DNA of 64,000 nt from Alphaproteobacteria bacterium (lineage in GTDB: Bacteria; Pseudomonadota; Alphaproteobacteria; UBA7887). The notes under the pieces are model-generated. The model saw only the letters and a list, made by a program, of their open reading frames with translations, was not told the origin of the DNA and searched no databases. This document shows positions 32,763 through 42,858 of the stretch, in pieces. Position 1 is the first letter of the stretch; each line of letters opens with the position of its first letter. Made by a program: the position numbers and the translations under genes. The stretch lies in contig JASLYQ010000001.1 of assembly GCA_030739735.1 (NCBI GenBank), positions 159,633 through 223,632 of the forward strand, in the 5' to 3' direction.

Positions 32763-33512
32763 ATGCGCGAATATGAGATTGAGCTCGGCACCGACGATGG
32801 CAACATGGACTGCTTCGTCTGCCATCCCGACGAGGGTGGACCTCACCCGGCGGTGATCCTGTACATGGACGCGCCCGGCATCCGCGAGGAGCTGCGCGAC
32901 ATGGCGCGGCGCATCGCCACGGTGGGCTATTTCGCGATGCTACCCAACATGTACTACCGCACCGGCCGCGAGAGTCATTACGGCTTCGATCTGTCGCGCA
33001 TCCGCGTCGACGATGGCGAGCAGAAAAAGATGTTCGGCGTCATGAACAGCTTGAGCAATGCTCGTGTGGTTGCCGACACCGGACCCATGCTCACGCATAT
33101 CCGAAGCACCGAGGCCGCTTCTGCAGGCGCCGTCGGCTGTGTCGGTTATTGCATGAGCGGGCAATATGTAGTCTCGGTCGCCGCGGCCTTTCCGGACGAC
33201 TTCGCCGCCATCGCTTCGTTCTACGGCGTCGGCATCATTACCGAGCGGGACGATTCACCACACCTCAAAGCGGAGCGCATCAAGGGAGAGCTTTATCTCG
33301 GCTTCGCCTCCGACGATCCTTACGTGCCGCAAGACCTGCTCGACCGCATGCCGGGCATCTTCAAGGCCGCTGGTGCCAATGCCCGTATCGAGGTCTACCC
33401 CGGCACCGAGCACGGTTTTGCCTTCCCGCAGCGCCCCGTCTACAACAAGCTGGCGGGCGAGCGTCACTGGCAGCGTATGCTGGCGCTGTTCGATCGCCGG
33501 CTACACGACTGA
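32763..33512 (+). CDS. dienelactone hydrolase family protein
   Basis: 249 aa. DLH-fold pattern with nucleophile elbow GYCMSG. Confidence 0.75.
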   Translation: MREYEIELGTDDGNMDCFVCHPDEGGPHPAVILYMDAPGIREELRDMARRIATVGYFAMLPNMYYRTGRESHYGFDLSRIRVDDGEQKKMFGVMNSLSNARVVADTGPMLTHIRSTEAASAGAVGCVGYCMSGQYVVSVAAAFPDDFAAIASFYGVGIITERDDSPHLKAERIKGELYLGFASDDPYVPQDLLDRMPGIFKAAGANARIEVYPGTEHGFAFPQRPVYNKLAGERHWQRMLALFDRRLHD

Positions 33513-33694
33513 GGGCTTACCGAAGATTGACGACAGGCTGTAAAGCTCTGCGCAAGCTCATCACCGCAAGGCCTCGACGAGAAGAAAATATCGACGAGGG
33601 CGGCGTCAATCTCGGCCGATTTCATCGATCCGACTCCAATTCAGCCCAACATGATCTAGCATAGCCACTCACTGGCAGAGCTCGCGAGGACGCA

Positions 33695-34867
33695 ATGATC
33701 CCCAACCGTTACCCTACCCTCGACTTCGGTCTCAGCGAGACCGTGAACATGCTACGCGAGTCGGTAGCCGATTTCACGGCCGAGGAGATTGCGCCACGGG
33801 CAGCGGCAATCGATGAGAGCAACAATTTTCCCAGCGATCTCTGGCGCAAGCTGGGCGATCTCGGCCTGCTCGGCATTACCGCCGATGAGGACTATGGCGG
33901 CACCGGCATGGGCTATCTCGAGCAAGTGGTGGCGATCGAGGAAGTGAGCCGTGGCTCGGCCTCCATCGGCTTATCCTATGGTGCCCACGCCAATCTTTGC
34001 GTCAATCAGATCAATCGCAACGCCACGCCAGAGCAGAAAGCGCGCTACCTGCCCAAGCTCATCTCGGGCGAGCATATCGGCGCGCTGGCCATGAGCGAGC
34101 CCAGCGCCGGCTCGGACGTTGTCGGCATGAAGCTGCGCGCCGAGAAACGCGGCGAACGCTACATTCTCAACGGCAGCAAGATGTGGATCACCAACGGCCC
34201 CGACGCCGATACCGTGGTGGTCTACGCCAAGACCGACCCGGAAGCGGGCAGCCACGGTATCACTGCCTTCCTTATTGAGAAGGGCTTTCCCGGCTTTTCC
34301 ACGGCCCAGAAGCTCGACAAACTCGGCATGCGCGGCTCCAACACCGGCGAGCTGGTGTTCGAGAACTGCGAAGTACCCGAGGAGAACGTGCTCGGCGAGG
34401 TCGGCGGCGGCGTCGGGGTGCTCATGAGCGGCCTCGACTACGAGCGCACGGTGCTAGCCGGCGGGCCGCTCGGCATCATGCAGGCCTGCATGGACATCGT
34501 CGTGCCCTATGTGCACCAGCGCGAGCAGTTCGGTCGGCCGATCGGCACTTTCCAACTCATGCAGGGCAAGCTCGCCGACATGTACACCACCATGAATGCA
34601 TGCAAGGCTTACGCCTATGTCGTCGCCAAGGCCTGCGACCGCGGCGAGACCACGCGCAAGGATGCCGCTGGCGTGATTCTCTATACGTCCGAGAAGGCGA
34701 CCTGGATGGCACTCGAAGCGATACAGGCACTGGGCGGCACCGGCTATATCAACGAAAGCCCCACGGGGCGCCTACTGCGCGATGCCAAACTCTACGAGAT
34801 CGGCGCCGGGACGAGCGAAATCCGCCGCATGCTCATCGGCCGGGAGCTTTTCGAGGATACCGCTTAG
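33695..34867 (+). CDS. isovaleryl-CoA dehydrogenase-like acyl-CoA dehydrogenase
   Basis: 390 aa. Strong IVD-type conservation ([21 protein letters not shown]…[22 protein letters not shown]…[10 protein letters not shown]). Confidence 0.85.
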   Translation: MIPNRYPTLDFGLSETVNMLRESVADFTAEEIAPRAAAIDESNNFPSDLWRKLGDLGLLGITADEDYGGTGMGYLEQVVAIEEVSRGSASIGLSYGAHANLCVNQINRNATPEQKARYLPKLISGEHIGALAMSEPSAGSDVVGMKLRAEKRGERYILNGSKMWITNGPDADTVVVYAKTDPEAGSHGITAFLIEKGFPGFSTAQKLDKLGMRGSNTGELVFENCEVPEENVLGEVGGGVGVLMSGLDYERTVLAGGPLGIMQACMDIVVPYVHQREQFGRPIGTFQLMQGKLADMYTTMNACKAYAYVVAKACDRGETTRKDAAGVILYTSEKATWMALEAIQALGGTGYINESPTGRLLRDAKLYEIGAGTSEIRRMLIGRELFEDTA

Positions 34868-35091
34868 CTATTAGCGACAGTGACCTATTAATTTGGGCAT
34901 GATTGACGCTGACGGACCGGCCATCCAGTCTACGACTGTGCGGCCGGATAGCCTCTCTCTATACTGACAAACGCTGAGACGAAATTCCACATCGTCAAAA
35001 CCCACATCTCGAAACACATGGCGATAGGCGTTGATATAGGTTGTTTAGGCTGCGAGCGAAGGCCGCAACACCATCTTGTTGCGGGCCACCG

Positions 35092-35607
35092 ATGAAGCTC
35101 GTGCGGGTGATCGAAAGCACCAGCCTGTTGTGTGGTTGGCTGGCAGCAGCAGCCTTCTTTACCCTCGGACTGATTGTCGGCTACGAGGTTTTCATGCGGT
35201 ACCTTTTCCTGGCGCCGACGCGTTGGGTAGAAGAGGTCGCGCGCCTGCTCCAGATCTATGCCGTCTTTCTAGCTGCAGCCTGGCTGGTGGCGCGACGCGA
35301 GCATATTCGCATCACCGTGCTCGCCGCCGCCCTGCCGCCGCGCCCGCGCCTTTGGCTGGCGCGCCTAGCTTTGGCCGTGGTTGCGCTGATCGCCAGCGCC
35401 GGCGCCTGGCATGCCGGTACCCTACTACGCTTCTCGGTGGAGATGGAGCAGTTCACCGATTCGACCGTCGGCCTGCCCATGTGGCTGCTTCAGGCGCCAG
35501 TGGTCGCCGGCCTCGGCCTCGCCAGCCTGCAGGCGCTCGCCACTCTGTGGCGCAGCTTCCTCGAGCCTGAGCGCCTCGTCGAAGCAGCGGATCCCGCGAG
35601 CGTATGA
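35092..35607 (+). CDS. TRAP transporter small permease subunit (DctQ family)
   Basis: Start at MKLVRVIEST (the track ORF begins at a TTG at 35041). 171 aa, 4 predicted TM helices. Confidence 0.7.
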   Translation: MKLVRVIESTSLLCGWLAAAAFFTLGLIVGYEVFMRYLFLAPTRWVEEVARLLQIYAVFLAAAWLVARREHIRITVLAAALPPRPRLWLARLALAVVALIASAGAWHAGTLLRFSVEMEQFTDSTVGLPMWLLQAPVVAGLGLASLQALATLWRSFLEPERLVEAADPASV

Positions 35608-35611
35608 CGCC

Positions 35612-36904
35612 ATGGAAGCGCTGCTCGTTTTTCTCGCTCTCTTCGCGGTACTGCTGATCGGCGTCGATATAGCCTTCGCCCTCGCGGGTCTCGGCCTAGC
35701 CTTGCTGCTGATCGGTGGCTTTTCGCCGCTGATTATGCCCCAAACCATGATGGCTAGCATGGACAACTTCATCCTGCTAGCGGTGCCATTATTCATCCTG
35801 ATGTCGAATGTTCTGTTGCGCGGTGGCGCTGGCGACGACCTCTTTGCCGCGGTGCAGAGCTGGGTCGGGCACTGGCCTGGCGGGCTCGCGGTGGCAACCA
35901 TTCTCTCATGCGCCCTTTTCGCCGCTATCTCCGGCTCCTCGGTGGCAACTGCGGCGACCGTCGGCACGGTAGCCATTCCGGCCATGGCGGCGCGTGGCTA
36001 CGACCGCCGCTTCACCTATGGTCTGCTAGCGGCGGGTGGGACGCTCGGCATTCTCATCCCGCCGTCGATCCCGATGATTGTCTATGGCGTGGTGATGTCG
36101 GAATCGATCGTCGATCTGTTCCGCGCCGGCGTCGTTCCCGGCCTTATGCTTACGGCCCTATTCGTGGCTTATTCCGTGCTGCAGGCGCGCTTTGGCGGTG
36201 CCTGCCAGCCCGAGCCGCGGGCCGATTGGCAAACCCGGCGTACCGCTAGCTTACGCGCGGCACCAACGCTAGCGCTGGCCCTAGTCATCGTGTTCGGCAT
36301 CTATTTTGGTGCCTTCACGCCGACCGAGGCAGCTGGCGTCGGCTTCCTGCTGGCAGCAGCCATCACCCTCGGCTGGCGGCGTAGCCTACTCCCGGCCGAT
36401 CTGGTGCCTATCGCGCTCGAATCAGCGCGTACCTCTGCCATGATCTTGTTCATCGTCGCCGCCGCCAGCGTCTTCGGTAAGGCGCTGACGCTCTACCGCA
36501 TCCCGCAGGAGGTCACAACGCTGGTGGTAGGCAACATCGCCTCGCCCGAGCTGTTCATAGCCGTCACCTGCGTCCTGCTGCTGGCCATGGGCTGCGTACT
36601 GGAAGCGCTTTCCATGATGCTGCTCGTGGTGCCCGTGGTGCAGCCGGCTCTATCTGACCTCGGCGTCGACCCGATCTGGTTCGGCGTCATCTTCACCATG
36701 ATGATCGAATGTGCTCTGATCACGCCGCCGGTAGGACTTAATCTCTTCGTTATCCGTGCCGTTGCCAGCCAGTCGCTCGGCGCCGGAGAAACAGCTACGG
36801 TCGGCGATGTCGTTCGCGGGACACTACCCTTTGTCTTGCTTATCCTATTCGCAGTCGTCTTATTGATTGTCTGGCCCTCGATTATTCTAGCCGTTATCCA
36901 CTAA
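35612..36904 (+). CDS. TRAP transporter large permease subunit (DctM family)
   Basis: Start at MEALLVFLALFAVLLIG, 5 nt after the dctQ stop. 430 aa polytopic membrane protein with a typical DctM start and length. Confidence 0.8.
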   Translation: MEALLVFLALFAVLLIGVDIAFALAGLGLALLLIGGFSPLIMPQTMMASMDNFILLAVPLFILMSNVLLRGGAGDDLFAAVQSWVGHWPGGLAVATILSCALFAAISGSSVATAATVGTVAIPAMAARGYDRRFTYGLLAAGGTLGILIPPSIPMIVYGVVMSESIVDLFRAGVVPGLMLTALFVAYSVLQARFGGACQPEPRADWQTRRTASLRAAPTLALALVIVFGIYFGAFTPTEAAGVGFLLAAAITLGWRRSLLPADLVPIALESARTSAMILFIVAAASVFGKALTLYRIPQEVTTLVVGNIASPELFIAVTCVLLLAMGCVLEALSMMLLVVPVVQPALSDLGVDPIWFGVIFTMMIECALITPPVGLNLFVIRAVASQSLGAGETATVGDVVRGTLPFVLLILFAVVLLIVWPSIILAVIH

Positions 36905-36914
36905 GGAGACACAC

Positions 36915-37826
36915 ATGTTCGCCGCTCCGCCAGTTATCGAGACCCGCGTCTTCAGCCGTATGCCCGAGCGCTTCCGTAAGCCCAATACGCGTAACGAGTG
37001 GACCGATATCATGTTGCTCGGCGGTACGGCGGACTGTTTTCTCGAAGGCCCATCCTTCGATGCCGACGGCAATCTGTGGCTAGTTGACATTCCCTTTGGC
37101 CGTATCTTCCGCGTCTCGCCAGATGGTGAATGGACCTGTGCAGCCGACTATGATGGCGAGCCAAACGGTCTCAAGCTCCATGCCGACGGGCGGATCTTTA
37201 TCGCCGATCACAAGCAGGGAATCCTGCAACTCGACCCGGCCACAGGCGCTGTCAACCCAGCACTCGACCGGCCACGGCTCGAACGCTTCAAGGGCTGCAA
37301 CGATCTTTTCTTCGGCGCCGACGGCACACTCTATTTCACCGACCAGGGGCAGACCGGTCTGCATGACGCCAGCGGGCGTCTTTACCGCTTGCGCACAGAC
37401 GGCGGCCTTGATCGCGTACTGGAAGGAATTCCGAGCCCGAACGGCCTAGTAACCAATCTCGACGAAAAAATTCTCTATCTCGCTGTGACCCGTGACAACG
37501 CGGTCTGGCGCGTGCCCATGTTGCCGGGCGGCGAGGTTACCAAGGTTGGGGTCTTCGTGCAGATGTCGGGCGGCCTTGCCGGCCCCGACGGCATGGCGCT
37601 TGATGTCGCCGGCAATCTGGCAGTGGCCCATGCGGGGCTGGGAACGGTGTGGCTGTTCAGCCCTCTTGGAGAGCCGGTCGCACGGGTGCGCAGCTGCGCC
37701 GGCGTCATGACCACCAATGTCGCCTATGGCGGATCCGACAACAAAAGCCTTTACATCACCGAATCCGAAAGCGGCAGCATACTCGTTGCCGAGATGCCAG
37801 AGCCCGGCCGCAAGATGTACGGTTGA
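36915..37826 (+). CDS. SMP-30/gluconolactonase/LRE-family lactonase
   Basis: 303 aa. Beta-propeller lactonase motifs (EGPSFDADGNLWLVD, NGL, DGMALD). Confidence 0.75.
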   Translation: MFAAPPVIETRVFSRMPERFRKPNTRNEWTDIMLLGGTADCFLEGPSFDADGNLWLVDIPFGRIFRVSPDGEWTCAADYDGEPNGLKLHADGRIFIADHKQGILQLDPATGAVNPALDRPRLERFKGCNDLFFGADGTLYFTDQGQTGLHDASGRLYRLRTDGGLDRVLEGIPSPNGLVTNLDEKILYLAVTRDNAVWRVPMLPGGEVTKVGVFVQMSGGLAGPDGMALDVAGNLAVAHAGLGTVWLFSPLGEPVARVRSCAGVMTTNVAYGGSDNKSLYITESESGSILVAEMPEPGRKMYG

Positions 37827-37853
37827 GGCCGAGCCGGAAGCGCCGCAACAAGT

Positions 37854-38654
37854 CTAACGCGCGTCGAGGAAATCCAGCACCGCCTGGGCGGCAGCGGTGC
37901 CGTGGCTCAACACCACACCATGGCGGGCACGGGAGAACAGCATCAACTCAGCGCCGGGCACCAGAGAATGAGTATCGGCGAGCGTTAGCGGCGACAGGAA
38001 GGGGCTCGAATCGCCGGCAATCATGAGTGTGGGCGTGTCGATACGTCCCAGCTCATCAGAGAGATCGACCTCGGCCAGCATGTCGCCCTGGCCGAGCACC
38101 ACATCGCGATTGCAGGCTGACTGAACGGCGTGGAACCAGTTCCATTCGCGTTCGCTTATGCCACCAGGGAAGAAGCGCCGACCCATCATGGTTTTGGACC
38201 AGGCGACCATGCCATCGTTTTCGATCTGCTGGCGCCAAGCAAGCAGCCCCGAGACAGCACCGCCTTTGTGCGGCGCGGTGCACGAGGTGAGGCTCAAGAG
38301 AGCCTCGCCGTGGTGGATGGCAAGGTAATAGCCGAGCGCGCCTCCCATCGATTCACCGACGTAATGGAACTGCTCGGTCCCAGCTGCTTTAGCCACGGCC
38401 AGGGTATCGGCGGCAAGACCCGGTATCGACCAGTCGTAGCCGACACCGGCGCTTGCCGAACGGCCATAGCCGCGCACGTCGAAGCGCACCAGGCGGAAGC
38501 GCCGCGACAGGACAGGCCACCACTTGCACCATATGCGGTGATCTATACCGACGCCATGGTGAAACAGAACCGTCTCGGGTGACTCCACCCATGGCGGGTT
38601 CAGATCGATAATGTCATACCAAATATCACCGTTGGCGGTTTGCAGCATGCTCAT
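37854..38654 (-). CDS. alpha/beta-fold hydrolase
   Basis: 266 aa. HGVGIDHRIW, nucleophile elbow GESMGG. Confidence 0.75.
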   Translation of the reverse strand: MSMLQTANGDIWYDIIDLNPPWVESPETVLFHHGVGIDHRIWCKWWPVLSRRFRLVRFDVRGYGRSASAGVGYDWSIPGLAADTLAVAKAAGTEQFHYVGESMGGALGYYLAIHHGEALLSLTSCTAPHKGGAVSGLLAWRQQIENDGMVAWSKTMMGRRFFPGGISEREWNWFHAVQSACNRDVVLGQGDMLAEVDLSDELGRIDTPTLMIAGDSSPFLSPLTLADTHSLVPGAELMLFSRARHGVVLSHGTAAAQAVLDFLDAR

Positions 38655-38761
38655 GCGCTGGCTCTCCCTGAAAGCTATCGACCACCTTTGGTATAGGCGG
38701 AAGTGGCATGCCTTGGCGAGCCCGCTATGATAGCGCTCCCCGCAACCCTGCCCAGACTGCC

Positions 38762-39436
38762 ATGCCCCGCTCGCCCCGCCCCAAGGATGCCGCCACGCTT
38801 ATACTGCTGCGTCACAGCCATGGCGCAGCGGAAGTGCTGCTGGGCCAACGTAACGCCAGACACGCCTTCATGCCCAACCGCTATGTCTTTCCCGGCGGGC
38901 GCGTCGACGCCTATGACCACCGGGTACGCGTCGCCAGCGAGTTGAGGCCCGAGGTGCGCGACCGCCTTGAACGCGCGACAACGCCGGCACGGGCGCATGC
39001 GCTAGCCGTAGCCGCGGTGCGCGAGACCTGGGAGGAGACCGGACTGCTTCTGGCCCAACCCCTGCCTTACGGCATGTCCTCAACCAAGCGGGCGCCGTGG
39101 GACGCTTTCACCGAGCGCGGCTTAGCGCCCGCATTGGATTGCCTTGACTACATCTATCGGGCGGTGACACCGCCGGGGCGGCCACGACGTTTCAATGCGC
39201 GGTTCTTCTTGGCAGATGCAGCCAATGTCAGCGGCGAGTTGGCCGGCGACGGGGAGTTGCTGGATTTGCGCTGGGTGGCGCTTGACGAAGCGCTTTCGCT
39301 GCCCATCCCCCAGGTCACCCATCTGGTTCTCGAGGAAGTGCGGCGCATCATGGACACACGGCCTGATACGCCCAAAAACCGGCCGTTGCCGCGCTTTCAG
39401 ACGGTCAACGGCCGCTTCGTCTTCGATCACGAATAG
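38762..39436 (+). CDS. NUDIX hydrolase
   Basis: Nudix box GGRVD…AAVRETWEETGL. The start could alternatively be 38708. Confidence 0.7.
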   Translation: MPRSPRPKDAATLILLRHSHGAAEVLLGQRNARHAFMPNRYVFPGGRVDAYDHRVRVASELRPEVRDRLERATTPARAHALAVAAVRETWEETGLLLAQPLPYGMSSTKRAPWDAFTERGLAPALDCLDYIYRAVTPPGRPRRFNARFFLADAANVSGELAGDGELLDLRWVALDEALSLPIPQVTHLVLEEVRRIMDTRPDTPKNRPLPRFQTVNGRFVFDHE

Positions 39437-39439
39437 GCG

Positions 39440-39874
39440 CTATCCGCTCTCAACCCGTCCGGCCTTGACCTCGGTGCCGGCGGGCATATCCTCGCCCGCC
39501 ACCAGCCAAAATCTATCGCCGCCGCACGCCCGGCCACGGCCGTTGCTGATCGGCTCCGCCAGGGTATAGATACGGTCGATATACTAGTCAGTGCGGCGGT
39601 TGAGGTCGGGACGGTCGTTCTCCACGTAATCGGGCCGCCAGGACTTTCGCCCTACACAAATACTGACGATCGACAGTGCTGAAAACACGAGCATCTGATA
39701 CCGCCAATCGAACTCGGGCATGGCCAGCAGCAGAAGCCCGGTAACGCCAGCCGAGACGCCAAACCAGAGGAACAGAGTTCCTGGTAGTAGGGCCCCGATA
39801 ATCATGAAGGTGACGCCGGCGATCCACCAATGCCAATACTGAACCTCGGTGAAGAAGGCGGGATCCATTTCCAT
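39440..39874 (-). pseudogene. NfeD-family membrane protein gene interrupted by an in-frame TAG (39584-39586)
   Basis: The 96-aa ORF 39584..39874 encodes the N-terminal TM part. The same frame continues after the TAG for 49 more codons, encoding an NfeD OB-fold tail (…ISNGRGRACGGDRFWLVAGEDMPAGTEVKAGRVESG*). Confidence 0.55.
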
Positions 39875-40221
39875 GGCTTAGGCTTCCCGATTCCAGGGCC
39901 CGTCGCCACCGCGCGTGACCCCAACCTGCTTGCCAAGCTCAGCGACACCGGCCACCGCTCCCATCACGTCTAAAGCCTTGAGCGGCATCAGCATGACCCT
40001 TTCGTTATTGGCATTCCCAATCGCTTCCAGGGCCAAGTCGCCGTTCTCAACGGATCCACACTTGCGGTTTATGCGGAAAAGGCAACCGCCACCACCGTTG
40101 CCACTGCTACAGGCCGTGTTTGCATGGTCCCGTCCACTACCAAATTTCGAATAATCTTTTCACTCGATGGCAGAATGGTCAAATAAACGCCGATATCGCG
40201 TTTTAGAGACGGAGGGAAAAC

Positions 40222-41310
40222 ATGGTCAAGATCGCAACTTTTGAGACTAACCTTTACCGTATTCCGTTGCCGACACCCGTGCGAGGTGCCAGCACGGGCA
40301 TCATGAGCGACTTCGACATGGTCATGGTTCGTCTAACCGATGACGATGGCGTCGAAGGCACAGGCTATACCGCCGTGATGCTGGGGCAAGGGGCATCCAT
40401 CGCCACCATGATCGACACGGTTTACGGCGACATCGTCAGCGAAGGCGATCCGCGCGCGATTGAAGGACTTTGGGCCAAGATGTGGAAGCGCCAGCACTAT
40501 GCTGGACGCGGCGCGCCGGCCAGCTTTGCCATCGCGGCGATCGACACGGCGCTTTGGGACTTGCGCGCCCGCGCTTTCGACGAGCCTCTCTGGCGCCTGC
40601 TCGGCGGCCACGATCCTGCGGTGCGCGCTTATGCCGGCAATATCGACCTCAATTTCCCGCTGGAGAAGGCCGTCGAAGGTGCCTGCCGCAGCGAAGCGGC
40701 AGGATTCCGGTCGATCAAGACGCGCCTGGGCAAGCCGACCTTGAAAGAGGACTTGGCGCGCATCACCGCCGTCCGCGAAGCGCTCGACCCTGACACGGAA
40801 CTCATGGCGGATGCCAACGAGGCCTGGCGGCCGGACCAAGCGTTGCGGGCCTTGCGGGCACTGCGCCCCCTGGATCTGGTATGGGTGGAGGAGCCTATCA
40901 CCCCTGACGATTTTTCCGGCTATGCGCATTTGCGCGCCCATGGCGGTGTGCCGCTGTCGGCCGGCGAGAACTTGCACACACTCGCCGAGTTTGCCCAACT
41001 CATCGGCGCCCGCGGCATCGACTTTCCCGAGCCCGACCTGACCACCTGCGGCGGCATCACCCCGTGGATGAAGGTCGCGCATCTGGCCGAGGCGAATGCC
41101 CTGCCGGTAACCTCCCACGGCGCCCACGATATTCACGTGCACCTGCTCGCGGCAGTGCCCAACGCGGCCTATCTGGAAGTGCACGGCTTTGGCCTCGACG
41201 CCTATATGGCCGATCCGCTGGAGATGCGCGATGGGCTGGCGATCGCGCCCGAACGTCCGGGACACGGCATCACCTGGAATTGGGGCGCACTGTCTGCCCA
41301 CCGGGTGTGA
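40222..41310 (+). CDS. mandelate racemase / muconate-lactonising enzyme family (enolase superfamily) protein
   Basis: 362 aa. Metal-ligand pattern (KTRLG…MADANEAW…VWVEEP…). Substrate not assignable. Confidence 0.8.
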   Translation: MVKIATFETNLYRIPLPTPVRGASTGIMSDFDMVMVRLTDDDGVEGTGYTAVMLGQGASIATMIDTVYGDIVSEGDPRAIEGLWAKMWKRQHYAGRGAPASFAIAAIDTALWDLRARAFDEPLWRLLGGHDPAVRAYAGNIDLNFPLEKAVEGACRSEAAGFRSIKTRLGKPTLKEDLARITAVREALDPDTELMADANEAWRPDQALRALRALRPLDLVWVEEPITPDDFSGYAHLRAHGGVPLSAGENLHTLAEFAQLIGARGIDFPEPDLTTCGGITPWMKVAHLAEANALPVTSHGAHDIHVHLLAAVPNAAYLEVHGFGLDAYMADPLEMRDGLAIAPERPGHGITWNWGALSAHRV

Positions 41311-41613
41311 CTCGCTATCAGATAGCTTCCGCTGTGAAGGCGAGCTTGTCTCCCGCAGTCAGCGCACGGTGCAAGAAAATAGCGTATTTTTCGGTTTTCA
41401 ACACCTCAGCCAGGCTCTCGGTCCTGGTCCGATCGGTGCTGGGCACAGGGAACTCGTGTTCAGCGAGGCCGTCGCGGAGTTGTAGTCGGCCGCCCAAGCC
41501 GCAACATTGCCGCGTAGGGTGTGTCGGCGAAGGCCGGCACGCCAAGTTCGGCAAGTGCACCGACCAGCGCGATTGTGCGGCTACCCTAGCCGCCAGCAAT
41601 GAAAAAAACAGCT

Positions 41614-42795
41614 TCACCCGGCGCGACGGTCGTTACGCCCATGGTCGGGCGGTTCGCAAAAAATACGACCCGGGTCGAGCTGCCCGAAATCACTGATCCC
41701 CGCCTGGCCCATGACCACGTCAATCTCACCACGCAGGATGTCTATGGCGTGCGTCGCGCCCGCCAAGCCGCCGACCGTCACGCCGTAGAGTGTCGAGCGC
41801 CCGAGGAAGACGAACTCGGCGCCGAGGCAGAGCGCAGTCAACACGTCCGAGCCGCGCCGGATACCACTGTCAAACATCACCGTCATACGCTCGCCGACTG
41901 CCGCCTTAATGGCAGGCAGTACGTCGAGCGGTGACGGCGCCCGGTCGAGCTGACGGGCGCCGTGATTGGAGACGATGATACCGTCCACGCCCATATCCGC
42001 AGCCCGCACAGCATCAGTCGTGCTCATGATTCCCTTGAGCACCAAAAAGTCGGGCCAGAGATTGCGAAAATTCTCGACATCGCGCCAGGTTATCGGCGCC
42101 GGCGTCTGCGTGGCGACCAGGTCTGCGACCTGATCAGATGTCGGATCGTCACCCGCATAAGCCGCCCAGTTGGCAAAGGTCGGTTTGCCGTTTTTGAGAT
42201 AGCCGGCCAGCCAGTGGGGATGGCGCAGCGCCTCGATCTTGGTGGCAAGTGATAGCTTCAAGGGCCGCGAGAAGCCGTTGCGCCGGTTGCGCTCACGTTT
42301 CGCATGGATCGGCACGTCAACGGTGAAGACCAACGTCTTCAGACCGGCCTCGTGAACGCGGCGAATCATATCTTCCGATATCGCCTTGTCGCGTGCCGCA
42401 TAGAGTTGGTACCAGCCGTGATCGGGCGCCAGCTTGCCCAAATCCTCAATCGAGCCCGTGCTCGCGCCCGACAGGATGAAGGGAATGTTCGCCTCGCGCG
42501 CGGCTTGGGCCAACATCATATCCGCGCCAGGGCGAAACAACGCCGCGAGCCCGGTCGGCGCGATGCCGAACGGCGACGCATAGTCATGCCCGAACAGCCG
42601 CGCCGTCTGATTGCGCGTGGCGATATCAACCAGATACTGCGGGATCAGCCGGTGCCGGCGAAACGCCGCCTGATTATGGTTGAGGCCGTCCTCGTCATCG
42701 ACGCCACCCTCGATGTAGTCGAAGGCTATCTTCGGCAGATAGCGCTTGGCCATGTGCCGCAGATCCTCGAGATTTATGGCGTCGCAAATGTTCAT
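41614..42795 (-). CDS. FMN-dependent alpha-hydroxy-acid dehydrogenase (L-lactate / (S)-mandelate dehydrogenase family)
   Basis: Start at MNICDAINLEDL (RBS GAGGAG). FMN_dh motifs (GIAPTG, SNHGARQLD, catalytic His/Arg region). Unusual approx 20-aa C-terminal tail. Confidence 0.85.
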   Translation of the reverse strand: MNICDAINLEDLRHMAKRYLPKIAFDYIEGGVDDEDGLNHNQAAFRRHRLIPQYLVDIATRNQTARLFGHDYASPFGIAPTGLAALFRPGADMMLAQAAREANIPFILSGASTGSIEDLGKLAPDHGWYQLYAARDKAISEDMIRRVHEAGLKTLVFTVDVPIHAKRERNRRNGFSRPLKLSLATKIEALRHPHWLAGYLKNGKPTFANWAAYAGDDPTSDQVADLVATQTPAPITWRDVENFRNLWPDFLVLKGIMSTTDAVRAADMGVDGIIVSNHGARQLDRAPSPLDVLPAIKAAVGERMTVMFDSGIRRGSDVLTALCLGAEFVFLGRSTLYGVTVGGLAGATHAIDILRGEIDVVMGQAGISDFGQLDPGRIFCEPPDHGRNDRRAG

Positions 42796-42858
42796 GACAC
42801 TCCTCAATAGGCCGGCGCTATAGCATGCATGGGCTTAGGCTGGTACCGCGAATCCGAC

